Positions 37,547 to 47,652 of a DNA stretch of 64,000 nucleotides are shown here, piece after piece (position 1 is the stretch's first letter; each line of letters begins with the position of its first letter). The notes under the pieces were generated by a model. The model was not told the origin of the DNA. It ran no database searches and saw nothing but the letters and a program-made list of their open reading frames with translations. Origin of the DNA: an uncultured Mucilaginibacter sp. (GTDB lineage Bacteria; Bacteroidota; Bacteroidia; Sphingobacteriales; Sphingobacteriaceae). A program made the position numbers and the translations under genes. The DNA is taken from NCBI GenBank assembly GCA_903927645.1, contig CAIYNX010000135.1, positions 1,153-65,152 on the forward strand, written 5' to 3'.

Positions 37547-38572
37547 CTAGTGCAGTATTTTAAAAATGAGTTCCTTCATTAGTCCTCCATCATTGGTGGT
37601 TGAGTTTACTCCTTTACTTTTCAAATCATATTCTCGCAGGTAACTGATAATTTGAATTGTTTTGCTGTAGTTGTAATTTATTGCTGCCTGCTCATAGTTT
37701 TTTACAAAGTATGGGTTAACTCCTAATTCCTTTGCCACATTTTGTTGTGATTTATTTTTTAAATAATGGAAATGCAAAATTCTCGTAAAGTAATTATTTA
37801 TTTGCCCTAAAATAACCACCAATGGATTGGCTTTGGGATTGGCTTCAAAGTAATTAATAATTTGATTGGCTTTAAAAACGTCTTTTTTCCCCAATGCTGT
37901 TTGTAATTCAAAAACATTATATTCTTTGCTAATACCTATATTATCATGAATATGCTGTAGGGTTACTTCCTGTTTTGGCTGTATATTTAATAGTAGTTTT
38001 TCGAGCTCGTTAACAATTTTCGACAAATCATTGCCTAAATACTCAGCAAGTACCAGCGATGCTTGTGGATGAATTTTGTGTCCTTTTTCGTTTAAAAAGC
38101 CTTCAATCCAACTAGGGATTTTGTTATCATAAAGCGGTGTCGACTCGAAAATTAGCCCTTTTTTTTCAATAGCCTTATAAGTCTTCTTCCTTTTATCAAA
38201 TTTTCCATATTTGTAACAAAAAGCCAGAATTGTACTTGGTAATGGGTTTTCAAGATAATTAAGCAAAGGATTTATACCCTTTTTATCATTTTCATCATTT
38301 CCCCACTTCAGGTCTTGAGCCTCTTTTACCAATACAACTTGATAATCGGCCATCATTGGGTAGCGTTTCGCTGCGTTTAATACCGTCATCATGTCGGTAT
38401 CTTTTCCATAAAATACAGTTTGATTAAAGCCTTTTTCGCGCTCGGGCAATAAATGATGTTCGATATAATTGCTTATTTGGTCAATAAAATAAGGTTCATC
38501 GCCATGTAATAGGTAAAGGGGATTGTATTTTTTATTTTTTAAATCTTTTAAAATTTCGGGGGCCGTCATCAC
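37547..38572 (-). CDS. holA: DNA polymerase III subunit delta
   Basis: LYLLHGDEPYFID, FNQTVFYGKD, YPMMADYQVVLVKEAQ, IGISKEYNVFEL, DLKSKGV. Confidence 0.92.
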   Translation of the reverse strand: MMTAPEILKDLKNKKYNPLYLLHGDEPYFIDQISNYIEHHLLPEREKGFNQTVFYGKDTDMMTVLNAAKRYPMMADYQVVLVKEAQDLKWGNDENDKKGINPLLNYLENPLPSTILAFCYKYGKFDKRKKTYKAIEKKGLIFESTPLYDNKIPSWIEGFLNEKGHKIHPQASLVLAEYLGNDLSKIVNELEKLLLNIQPKQEVTLQHIHDNIGISKEYNVFELQTALGKKDVFKANQIINYFEANPKANPLVVILGQINNYFTRILHFHYLKNKSQQNVAKELGVNPYFVKNYEQAAINYNYSKTIQIISYLREYDLKSKGVNSTTNDGGLMKELIFKILH

Positions 38573-38762
38573 AATCGTAAAAATACAAATATTTGAGAGT
38601 TTAAATTAAGAGTAATAAACAATTGCCAATATCATCAGCATTATTTGTTTTGATGTTGAATAATAATACTTAATTTTAGCTAACCAATTATAATTCATAA
38701 GCCCTATATAAATTCAATATCTAATATAGGGACAATATTTATTCGCTAAAATCCAAAAAGAA

Positions 38763-39485
38763 ATGATTATGAAAAATGTTTTTAGAGCCCTTTTGATCTG
38801 TTTTATTTTACCAATATTTATTGGATGTACAACTAACAAAACCAATCAAACAAGTAACCAAGCTAACAACCCTGTTTTAAAAACTGATACAGGTTGGAGG
38901 CAACTTTTTAATGGTAAGGATTTGGATGGTTGGAAACAGGTTGGCCCAGGTAGTAGGTATGTTAAAGATGGTCTTACCGGAAGCCATGGTGGTATGGGTT
39001 TATTATATTGGACCAAAGAGAAATTTAGCAACTGTATAATTAAAGTGGTATATAAAATGGAGAAAAGCAATAGCAATTCTGGTGTTTTTATTAGGATACC
39101 TATTGAACCACGCGAGCCTTGGATGCCTGTATTTTATGGGTACGAAGTACAAATTGATAATCACCCAGAAACCTCAAATGAGGATGAATACCATGTAACC
39201 GGTACCTTATACTCTTTAACCAAACCATTAGCCAAACCAGGCAAACCCGGACCAGAATGGAACACCATGGAAATTACCCTTGACAGCACACGTACCATTG
39301 TAAATGTTAACGGACAAAAAGTAACAGATTATACCGAAGGGGACCCAACTCCTGCACGTAAATTTGATTTTGAACCATTTAGAGGGCCGCGCCCAATTGA
39401 AGGTTATATTGGCTTGCAAAACCATGGTAATGATGATGTTGTGTTTTTTAAAGAAGTTGCAGTAAAACCTTTAATAAAAAAATAA
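38763..39485 (+). CDS. DUF1080 / 3-keto-disaccharide hydrolase-family lipoprotein
   Basis: Lipobox FIGC, LFNGKDLDGW, NSGVFIR, YEVQI, GEWN-like PEWNTMEI, GYIGLQNHG. Confidence 0.88.
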   Translation: MIMKNVFRALLICFILPIFIGCTTNKTNQTSNQANNPVLKTDTGWRQLFNGKDLDGWKQVGPGSRYVKDGLTGSHGGMGLLYWTKEKFSNCIIKVVYKMEKSNSNSGVFIRIPIEPREPWMPVFYGYEVQIDNHPETSNEDEYHVTGTLYSLTKPLAKPGKPGPEWNTMEITLDSTRTIVNVNGQKVTDYTEGDPTPARKFDFEPFRGPRPIEGYIGLQNHGNDDVVFFKEVAVKPLIKK

Positions 39486-39492
39486 AATATTT

Positions 39493-41016
39493 ATGAATAG
39501 TAAAGAGAGTTCAAAAGATAATAACACCATTTCGAGGGGCGATTTTATAAAAAAATCGGCCATTGCCACTGCTGGTTTTTATATAGTGCCTCGTTTTGTT
39601 TTGGGTGGAAAAGGTTACACAGCTCCTAGCGATAAATTATATATAGCTGCAGTTGGTTGTGGAGGAGAGGCTGAGAATGATATACACCATTATGCCAACG
39701 CGCCCAAAAAAAATGCGGTAGTTGCTTTTTTGTGCGATGTTGATGAAAGGATGGCTGCCCCACGTAGAAAAGAGTTTCCAAAGGCTCCTTTTTACCATGA
39801 TTGGCGCGAAATGTTTGACAAGGAAGGCAAAAACTTTGACGCGGTTACAGTCGCCATTCCCGATCATAACCATGCAATTGTTGGGTTGAGTGCCATGCAG
39901 TTAAACAAACACCTTTATTTACAAAAACCATTAACCCATGATATTTATGAGGCCAGGATTTTGACAGAAGCTGCGAAAAAATATAAGGTAGTTACCCAAA
40001 TGGGCGATCAGGGTGCATCTTGCGAAGGTATGCGTACCATGCGCGAATGGTTTGAGGCCGACTTGATTGGGGATATTGAAAAAGTATATTGTTGGACAGA
40101 TAGACCTGTTTGGCCGCAAGGTATTTCTTGGCCTAAAACCTCCCCTCCAATTCCAAAAGAATTAAATTGGGATTTATGGTTAGGTACTGCCAAGCAAACC
40201 AATTATATTGATAATTTGGTACCTTTTAACTGGAGGGGCTGGTGGGAGTTTGGCACAGGTGCCCTTGGCGATATGGGCTGCCATATTATGGGCCCTCCTT
40301 TTAAACTACTTGAATTAGGTTATCCGGATGAAATTTCGGGTAGTGCAAGTACTGTTTATAGCGGGATTTTTAAAGAAGGAATTTATCCGGAAAGTGGTCC
40401 GGTATCCAGTTCAATCAAATTTAAGTTCAAACAGAAAAATGGAAAACCGCTTGATTTACATTGGATGGATGGTGGTATTACTCCTGAAAGATTGAATGAA
40501 TTGGATCCATCACTTAATCAAAACGATGCTCTGGGCGATTGGCCGGGTGAAAATGATTTTGAGGGTTGCACCTTGTTTATAGGTACTAAAGGCAAAGTAT
40601 CGTGCGGGTGGGGAGGTAGTCATCCAAGACTTCTGCCTTTATCCTTAAATAAGGATGTAAATATCCCGAAAAAATATCCTAGGGTAAGCGGTGATATGGA
40701 TGGGCATTGGTGGCAATGGGTTGACGCCTGCCTTGCTGGCTTTGGCAATGCTGAGGTGGATTCACCTTTTGTAGGCTATGCCGGGCCGCTTACCGAAACC
40801 GTTTTGCTTGGTAACTTATTGTTGCGCAGCTTCAATATACAAGAAAAAATAAAACGAGTTGATCCTGTATATGGCAATATGGAAGGCTATAAATTTAGTG
40901 GAAGGTACACCAGCTTAAAATGGGATGGCGCAAATATGCGGGTAACCAATTATGAACCAGCCAATCAATTTATAAAGCGTACATACCGCGAGGGTTGGGG
41001 CGATTTAAAATTATAA
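39493..41016 (+). CDS. Gfo/Idh/MocA oxidoreductase with Tat-like leader
   Basis: SRGDFIK leader, PDHNHA, LQKPLTH, WDLWLG, NWRGWWEFGTGALGDMGCH, YREGW. Confidence 0.88.
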   Translation: MNSKESSKDNNTISRGDFIKKSAIATAGFYIVPRFVLGGKGYTAPSDKLYIAAVGCGGEAENDIHHYANAPKKNAVVAFLCDVDERMAAPRRKEFPKAPFYHDWREMFDKEGKNFDAVTVAIPDHNHAIVGLSAMQLNKHLYLQKPLTHDIYEARILTEAAKKYKVVTQMGDQGASCEGMRTMREWFEADLIGDIEKVYCWTDRPVWPQGISWPKTSPPIPKELNWDLWLGTAKQTNYIDNLVPFNWRGWWEFGTGALGDMGCHIMGPPFKLLELGYPDEISGSASTVYSGIFKEGIYPESGPVSSSIKFKFKQKNGKPLDLHWMDGGITPERLNELDPSLNQNDALGDWPGENDFEGCTLFIGTKGKVSCGWGGSHPRLLPLSLNKDVNIPKKYPRVSGDMDGHWWQWVDACLAGFGNAEVDSPFVGYAGPLTETVLLGNLLLRSFNIQEKIKRVDPVYGNMEGYKFSGRYTSLKWDGANMRVTNYEPANQFIKRTYREGWGDLKL

Positions 41017-41064
41017 CTGGTTACGTTATTAGGAATTAAGCAATAAATCCATGATTTTTGGTAC

Positions 41065-41517
41065 ATGGATTTATTGCTTCCTCTTAATTTACCACCCTAT
41101 GCTTTCAAAATTACCAAAAACGATGGCAAATTGACATTGTTCGATCCAATCCGAAAAAAGGAAATCATGATAACGCCTGAAGAATGGGTGCGCCAGCATT
41201 TTATTCAATATCTGATCAACCAAAAAAAATATCCAAAGTCATTAATAAAACTAGAAGGTGGGCATAAACTGGCAGGTATGAGCAGGCGCACAGATATTTT
41301 AGTGTATAACCAACAAGGCGATAAATTATTATTGGTTGAATGCAAATCACCTTCAGTTACCATCAATCAAAAAACTTTTGATCAGGTTGCCCGTTACAAT
41401 TTGATCCATAAAGTAAAGCTTTTGGCGGTAACCAATGGTTTAAAACATTACTATTGTAATATCAATTTTGAAAGTAATACGTATAGTTTTTTGGATGATT
41501 TGCCCAATTACCAATAA
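41065..41517 (+). CDS. Stand-alone HsdR N-terminal-domain (HSDR_N_2) protein
   Basis: FDPIRKK, TPEEWVRQH, RTDI...LVECK, QVARYN, TNGL. Confidence 0.85.
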   Translation: MDLLLPLNLPPYAFKITKNDGKLTLFDPIRKKEIMITPEEWVRQHFIQYLINQKKYPKSLIKLEGGHKLAGMSRRTDILVYNQQGDKLLLVECKSPSVTINQKTFDQVARYNLIHKVKLLAVTNGLKHYYCNINFESNTYSFLDDLPNYQ

Positions 41518-41528
41518 TTGTTAGTAAA

Positions 41529-41566
41529 CCGGGAATTAGCTAAAACGCAGTTCAACTAATTCCCGG
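41529..41566. terminator. Probable bidirectional intrinsic terminator
   Basis: 11-bp arms ccgggaattag / ctaattcccgg between convergent genes, followed by a T-run. Confidence 0.75.
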
Positions 41567-41574
41567 GATTTTTG

Positions 41575-44283
41575 TTAATTATCAAAGGCCGACAAATTAT
41601 CGTTGATGATTTTAAGTTTTGCCTCGGCATCGGCTTTCTTTTTCAGTTCAATATCAATAATTTCGGGTTTGGCATTGCTCATAAACCTTTCATTATTTAA
41701 TTTCATGTTTACCGAATTTAAAAAGCCAATTAGATATTCTTTTTCTTTCTTCAATCTTTTTAGCTCTTCCAGTGGATCGATATTTTCTTCTAGGGGGATA
41801 AAGAACTCATCTGTCGACACCATGAAATTTGCGGCACCAATTATCTTTTCATTGGTATAGTTAACCTCGGTCAAATTTGCTAATTTCTGTAAAACAGGTA
41901 AATAATTTTCATAAGGTAAACCTGAGCCATTTATTATTAACAATTTTAAGGCATCCTTTGGAGAAAGTTGTTTTGAATTACGAACACTCCTAATTTGGGT
42001 AATAACTTGTTTTATATTTTCTATTTCAGCTAATAATTTCGAATTAATCTCCCCAATTGCGGGTATTTGCGCTACTATACAACAATCAAGCTCGGTTCTT
42101 GTTCCAAATAAATCCTCATGCCATAACTCTTCCGTAATAAATGGCATAAAAGGATGTAGTAATATTAATACTTGTTCAAAAAACTCAATAGTTTTAGTGT
42201 AAGTGTCTCTGTCAATTGGATGCTGATAAGCAGGCTTTATCATTTCAAGATACCAGGCGCAAAAATCGTCCCATACCAATTTATAGGTGGTCATTAACGC
42301 GTCTGATAGGCGATATTCTAAAAAGTAACCCTCTATCTCTACTTGGGCTTGGTTAATTTTGCTCTCAAACCAATCAATCGCTACCTGGTTATCGTTTGTT
42401 AAGTTATCATCAATTTCCCAACCATTTATCAATTTAAAGGCATTCCATATTTTATTGGCGAAATTTCGTCCTTGTTCGCAATAGCTTTCATCAAACATAA
42501 GGTCATTGCCTGCTGGCGAACATAATAACATGCCAACTCTAACTCCATCGGCACCAAATTTTTCAATTAGGTCAAGCGGATCTGGCGAATTGCCTAGCGA
42601 TTTTGACATCTTTCTACCAAGTTTATCTCTTACTATGCCGGTGAGGTATACATTTTTAAATGGTACTTGTCCTCTAAATTCGTGTCCGGCCATAATCATC
42701 CTGGCAACCCAAAAAAATAAAATTTCGGGAGCGGTAACCAAATCATTAGTAGGGTAATAATAATTAATATCCGCATTGTTAGGGTCTTTAAATCCGTCAA
42801 ATACAGATATAGGCCAAAGCCATGATGAAAACCAAGTATCTAATACATCCTCATCTTGTTTTAAATCATTGTAAGAAAGGCTAAAAGTTTGATTTTCTGC
42901 ACTTTCATTTTTTTGAATAAGGATTTGTGCATGTTCAAATGCCTCTTCTCGAGTTTTGGCTATTACATATTGTCCATCGGGTAAATACCAAGCCGGTATT
43001 TGCTGCCCCCACCAAAGTTGGCGACTAATACACCAATCCTTTATATTTTCCATCCAATTTCGGTAGGTATTTATAAATTTATCGGGTATTAGTTTAATAT
43101 CACCATTTAACACATAATCCAATGCAGGTTTGGCAAGCTCATCCATTTTACAAAACCATTGCATAGATAGTTTAGGTTCAATAGCAGCATCCGTTCTTTC
43201 AGAAAATCCTATTTGCGATTTATAATCATCTACTTTATCCAATAATCCGGCAGTATCTAATAATAGCGCTATTTTTTTACGAGCCGTAAAACGATCTTCG
43301 CCAATTAATATTTTCGCGTTTTTATTTAGAGTACCATCATCATTTAAAATATCAATAACGGGTAGATGATGCTTTTGAGCCAATTCATAATCGTTTAAAT
43401 CATGGGCAGGGGTAACCTTTAAACACCCGGTTCCAAAATCCATGGTAACATAGTCATCAAATAATATAGGTATCTCGCGGTTTACTAATGGTACTAATAC
43501 TTTTTTACCACGTAAATGGCTAAATCTTTTATCATTTGGATTAATAAATATGGCTACATCGGCCATTATTGTTTCAGGTCGGGTGGTAGCAACTGTTACA
43601 AATTCATCTTCCTGAACTATGGTATTTTTTGAATTTTTTCCCTTTTCAACTATTTTATCGCTGCTATCTTTGATTCTATACCTAACAAAATAAAGTTTTT
43701 GATTAACTTCTTTACGTATTACCTCCTCATCAGAAACTGCAGTTTTACCTTGTGGATCCCAATTAACCATCCTGATGCCACGGTAAATTAAACCTTGGTT
43801 GTATAGGTAAATAAATGTATCAATAACAGCATCAGAAAGGTCATCATCCATGGTGAATTTTGTCCGATCCCAATCACATGATGCTCCCAGCTTTTTTAAT
43901 TGTTCAAGTATTATACCACCATATTTATCTTTCCATTCCCAGGCATATTTCATAAATTCATCCCTAGACAGATCACTTTTGGCAATTCCCCGTTCTTTTA
44001 ACATGGCCACTACTTTAGCTTCGGTGGCTATACTGGCATGGTCGGTACCGGGTACCCAACAGGCATTTTTTCCTTTCATGCGTGCACGACGAATCAAAAC
44101 ATCCTGAATGGTATTATTTAACATATGCCCCATATGCAATACCCCGGTTACATTTGGCGGTGGTATAACAATGGTATAAGGTTCCCTATCATCAGGAACT
44201 GATTTAAAAAAATTATGTTCGAGCCAGTATTTATACCACTTTTCTTCGGCTTCCTTAGGCAGATATGTTTTAGAAATATTCAT
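41575..44283 (-). CDS. valS: Valine--tRNA ligase
   Basis: PPPNVTGVLHMGH, TTRPET, DWCISRQLWWG, DVLDTWFSS, KMSKS, C-terminal coiled coil. Start at ATG 44283, supported by a minus-strand TATTTTTG box at 44290-44297. Confidence 0.97.
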   Translation of the reverse strand: MNISKTYLPKEAEEKWYKYWLEHNFFKSVPDDREPYTIVIPPPNVTGVLHMGHMLNNTIQDVLIRRARMKGKNACWVPGTDHASIATEAKVVAMLKERGIAKSDLSRDEFMKYAWEWKDKYGGIILEQLKKLGASCDWDRTKFTMDDDLSDAVIDTFIYLYNQGLIYRGIRMVNWDPQGKTAVSDEEVIRKEVNQKLYFVRYRIKDSSDKIVEKGKNSKNTIVQEDEFVTVATTRPETIMADVAIFINPNDKRFSHLRGKKVLVPLVNREIPILFDDYVTMDFGTGCLKVTPAHDLNDYELAQKHHLPVIDILNDDGTLNKNAKILIGEDRFTARKKIALLLDTAGLLDKVDDYKSQIGFSERTDAAIEPKLSMQWFCKMDELAKPALDYVLNGDIKLIPDKFINTYRNWMENIKDWCISRQLWWGQQIPAWYLPDGQYVIAKTREEAFEHAQILIQKNESAENQTFSLSYNDLKQDEDVLDTWFSSWLWPISVFDGFKDPNNADINYYYPTNDLVTAPEILFFWVARMIMAGHEFRGQVPFKNVYLTGIVRDKLGRKMSKSLGNSPDPLDLIEKFGADGVRVGMLLCSPAGNDLMFDESYCEQGRNFANKIWNAFKLINGWEIDDNLTNDNQVAIDWFESKINQAQVEIEGYFLEYRLSDALMTTYKLVWDDFCAWYLEMIKPAYQHPIDRDTYTKTIEFFEQVLILLHPFMPFITEELWHEDLFGTRTELDCCIVAQIPAIGEINSKLLAEIENIKQVITQIRSVRNSKQLSPKDALKLLIINGSGLPYENYLPVLQKLANLTEVNYTNEKIIGAANFMVSTDEFFIPLEENIDPLEELKRLKKEKEYLIGFLNSVNMKLNNERFMSNAKPEIIDIELKKKADAEAKLKIINDNLSAFDN

Positions 44284-44656
44284 TTGCAACAAAAATACAA
44301 TAGTAAATAAGTTATATTTAATTTGTAACGGCTTTTTTGTACTCTTTTACAATTTAAAGCCAATTTCAATTTAAAATAAATGCAAAAAGAAACATTTAAT
44401 AATGGATTTTAAAATTGTTTCTAAAATTGAAATTCAAACATAAAAGATAGGGTTAAGTATTCTAAATAGGTTTCAAACCATTGTTTTAATTCAACAAATA
44501 TTTTTAATCAAATTTTTTATTGAATTAAAAATTGATTTGTGACAAACTATTTTCATAACCGCTGAAAAATACTAGTGAAAGCTATGTGGCAATAATTTTA
44601 ATGAATTTATATTGGTACCTATTATAAATTTTTTACATTCGGGTTTTGTTTTAACT

Positions 44657-46729
44657 ATGAAATCAGGAATAAAAATAATTGTATTAATGTTGGCAATTAC
44701 GTTGCCATTACATAGCCTAATAGCAAAGCCTATTAGGGACGGGAAATTAAAATCAAAGAAAAGTGCTATCCCTCCAAAAAAGTTTATTGATCCGTCAAAT
44801 ATGGATTTATCAGTAAACCCTGGGAATGATTTTTTTAAATATGCCAACGGAAATTGGATAAAGCAAAATACAATCCCTTCAAATGAAAATCGATGGGGTA
44901 GTTTCAATATTTTGAGACAAGAAAACACTACAAGGTTGCTTGGATTGTTGAATGAGATAAGTAAGCAATCAAATCCCAAAGGGAGTTTGGAACAAAGAGT
45001 TGGTGATTTATTTGCAAGCGGAATTGATAGCAGTAGAATTGAAAAATTAGGATTTACTCCAATAATTGCAGATTTAACTAGAATTGATAAAATAAATACT
45101 CGTAGTGAAGTAATTGATGAGGCTATATATGATCATATTAACGGTCTTGGGCACCCCTTATTTGGATTTAATGTAGGCCAGGATGAAAAAATGGTTAATA
45201 ACAATATAGTACAAATAAAACAAGGTGGTACTACTTTACCTGATAGAGATTATTATATAAAAAGTTATTCAAATGTTTTAAAAATACAGGCTGCCTATAA
45301 GCAATACATTTCAACTTTATTTACATTAACAGGAAGCAGTAGTGAGGAAGCCTCCAAAAATGCAAATATAGTATTTACCATTGAGGCGACTCTTGCAAAA
45401 GCTCAATTAAGTAGGGTTGAATTGCGCGATCCAACTGTTACCTATAATAAATTTTTTATTCCCTTTTTTGATAAATTTTCTTCTAATTTGAAATGGAAAT
45501 CGATCCTGCCAAAGTTTAATATACCCCATCAAGATTCTATAATAATTGAATCAATTGATTTTATTAAAACTGAAGATGTATTATTGGGTACTGCCCCTGT
45601 TGATGATTGGAAGGTATATTTAAAATGGAACATTATTAAATCTTCGGTTTTATCATTAAGCTCACCTTTTGTAAATGCTAATTTTACATTTAATAAAGTT
45701 TTAAGCGGACAAAAAGTGCAAAAACCTCGTAATGAACGAATTACTGAAATTGTTGATGGTAGCTTAGGCGAATTACTAGGCCAGTTATATGTAGCTAAAT
45801 ATTTTACCCCGGCTGCTAAAGCATACATGGTTAATTTAGTAAATAATTTGAAGGCAACATTTGCAGAGCGAATCAAAAACCTCAACTGGATGAGTGATGC
45901 AACCAAAGAACGTGCTTTAAAAAAGTTAAATGCCTTTACTGTAAAAATTGGATATCCAGATAAGTGGCAAACTTATGATGGTTTGAGTATTGATAGGAAT
46001 AATTATATAGGTGACCTAAGAAATATTTCGGCTTGGAAATTTAATTTTATGATAAGCCAAATCAATAAGCCTGTTGATAAAACACGCTGGAGTATGACGC
46101 CACCTACCATTAACGCCTATTATAATCCTATAAATAATGAGATAGTTTTTCCTGCAGGAATTCTTCAATTTCCATTTTTTGACTTTGGTGCTGATGACGC
46201 AATTAATTACGGTGGTATTGGAGCAGTTATTGGACACGAAATGACCCATGGGTTTGACGATCAAGGAAGGCAATATGCTGATGATGGTACCTTAAGAAAC
46301 TGGTGGACTGACGAAGATGCTACTAAATTTAAAAGCAAAGCCGATCAGGTTGTGGCGCAATTCAACAAATTTACCGTTTTAGACTCCTTGCATGTTAATG
46401 GCAGTTTAACATTAGGCGAAAATCTTGCTGATTTAGGAGGTTTGAATATTGCATATGCAGCATTCAAAAAAACCCAGCAAGGGCAATCAGATAAACAGAT
46501 TGATGGATTTACTCCAAATCAAAGATTCTTCTTATCCTGGGCTCAAGTTTGGCGGTCGTCACAACGCCCAGAGGTTGCCAGCCAACGTATATTAACTGAT
46601 CCGCATTCACCAGAACAATATAGAACCAATGCACCAATTACAAATATCGACGCTTGGTATGAGGCATTTGGCATAAAACCGGAGGATAAATTGTATAAAA
46701 AGCCTGAGGATAGAATAAAGGTATGGTAA
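44657..46729 (+). CDS. M13-family (neprilysin/PepO-like) secreted metallopeptidase
   Basis: Signal peptide from MKSGIKI; INAYY, HEMTH zinc motif, GENLAD, DPHSP. Confidence 0.92.
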   Translation: MKSGIKIIVLMLAITLPLHSLIAKPIRDGKLKSKKSAIPPKKFIDPSNMDLSVNPGNDFFKYANGNWIKQNTIPSNENRWGSFNILRQENTTRLLGLLNEISKQSNPKGSLEQRVGDLFASGIDSSRIEKLGFTPIIADLTRIDKINTRSEVIDEAIYDHINGLGHPLFGFNVGQDEKMVNNNIVQIKQGGTTLPDRDYYIKSYSNVLKIQAAYKQYISTLFTLTGSSSEEASKNANIVFTIEATLAKAQLSRVELRDPTVTYNKFFIPFFDKFSSNLKWKSILPKFNIPHQDSIIIESIDFIKTEDVLLGTAPVDDWKVYLKWNIIKSSVLSLSSPFVNANFTFNKVLSGQKVQKPRNERITEIVDGSLGELLGQLYVAKYFTPAAKAYMVNLVNNLKATFAERIKNLNWMSDATKERALKKLNAFTVKIGYPDKWQTYDGLSIDRNNYIGDLRNISAWKFNFMISQINKPVDKTRWSMTPPTINAYYNPINNEIVFPAGILQFPFFDFGADDAINYGGIGAVIGHEMTHGFDDQGRQYADDGTLRNWWTDEDATKFKSKADQVVAQFNKFTVLDSLHVNGSLTLGENLADLGGLNIAYAAFKKTQQGQSDKQIDGFTPNQRFFLSWAQVWRSSQRPEVASQRILTDPHSPEQYRTNAPITNIDAWYEAFGIKPEDKLYKKPEDRIKVW

Positions 46730-46785
46730 TTTTAAGTTGTTGGTAGCATACCAGTATATTATTGAATTTTATAAATAGGGTGCAT

Positions 46786-46838
46786 TTTAATGAATACGTT
46801 ATTAAAGTTTAATAAACTTTAATAACGTATTCATTAAA
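46786..46838. repeat. Perfect 26-bp-arm palindrome with 1-nt centre
   Basis: tttaatgaatacgttattaaagttta-a-taaactttaataacgtattcattaaa. Confidence 0.95.
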
Positions 46839-46899
46839 TATTTGACCTTGTTCAGATAATTTAGGAATAATGACATTCGAAATTCGAGTTCATTTAAAC

Positions 46900-46907
46900 T
46901 ATCTTTG
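46900..46907 (+). promoter_or_regulatory. -7 promoter box for ubiE-porT
   Basis: TATCTTTG 13 nt before the ATG at 46921. Confidence 0.6.
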
Positions 46908-46920
46908 ACTCCAAAATACT

Positions 46921-47652
46921 ATGGTTAAAATTATAATTCCGTATACCGAAGATAAAGGAACTAAAAAGGAGCAAGTGGCCGATATGTTTAACAACATTTC
47001 AAAAACTTATGATTTCCTAAATCATTTTTTATCATTAGGAATTGATATCATTTGGCGCAAAAAAGCTATAAACCAATTAAAAAACGATCAGCCTAAACTA
47101 ATATTGGATGTTGCTACAGGAACAGGCGATTTCGCTTTTGAAGCTTTGAAAATATTGAAACCCGATAAAATAATTGGGGTTGATATTTCACAAGGTATGC
47201 TAAATATTGCTGATCAGAAAATTAAGGAAAGACACTTATCTAGTCAATTTGAAGTAAAATTGGGCGATTCAGAAAAACTTCAATTTCAGGATAATAAGTT
47301 TGACGCCGTAACAGTAGCTTATGGAGTTAGAAACTTTGAAAATTTGGAAATGGGTTTAACAGATATACTTAGAGTACTAAGATTTGGTGGTAAAGCAGTA
47401 GTATTGGAATTTTCGAAACCTAAAAAATTTCCAATTAAACAGTTGTATAATTTTTATTTTAATTATATTACGCCGAGTATTGGTAAGATATTTTCCAAAG
47501 ATGCCCGTGCATACGCGTATCTGCCCGAATCTGTTGCTGCTTTTCCTGATGGTGAAGCATTTGTATTGCTAATGCAGAAAGTAGGATTTAAAAATACCAA
47601 ATGCATACCATTGGCGTTTGGAATATGTTCAATTTATACCGGTATTAAATGA
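46921..47652 (+). CDS. ubiE: Demethylmenaquinone methyltransferase (UbiE/MenG)
   Basis: YDFLNHFLSLGIDIIWR, ILDVATGTGD, YGVRNF, LEFSKP, YLPESV. Confidence 0.93.
   Translation: MVKIIIPYTEDKGTKKEQVADMFNNISKTYDFLNHFLSLGIDIIWRKKAINQLKNDQPKLILDVATGTGDFAFEALKILKPDKIIGVDISQGMLNIADQKIKERHLSSQFEVKLGDSEKLQFQDNKFDAVTVAYGVRNFENLEMGLTDILRVLRFGGKAVVLEFSKPKKFPIKQLYNFYFNYITPSIGKIFSKDARAYAYLPESVAAFPDGEAFVLLMQKVGFKNTKCIPLAFGICSIYTGIK

Noticed and set aside
41065-41517. HsdR N-terminal domain as evidence of a restriction-modification or defence island
   Set aside because: No hsdM, hsdS or helicase domain nearby; this small stand-alone gene is a routine Bacteroidota gene.
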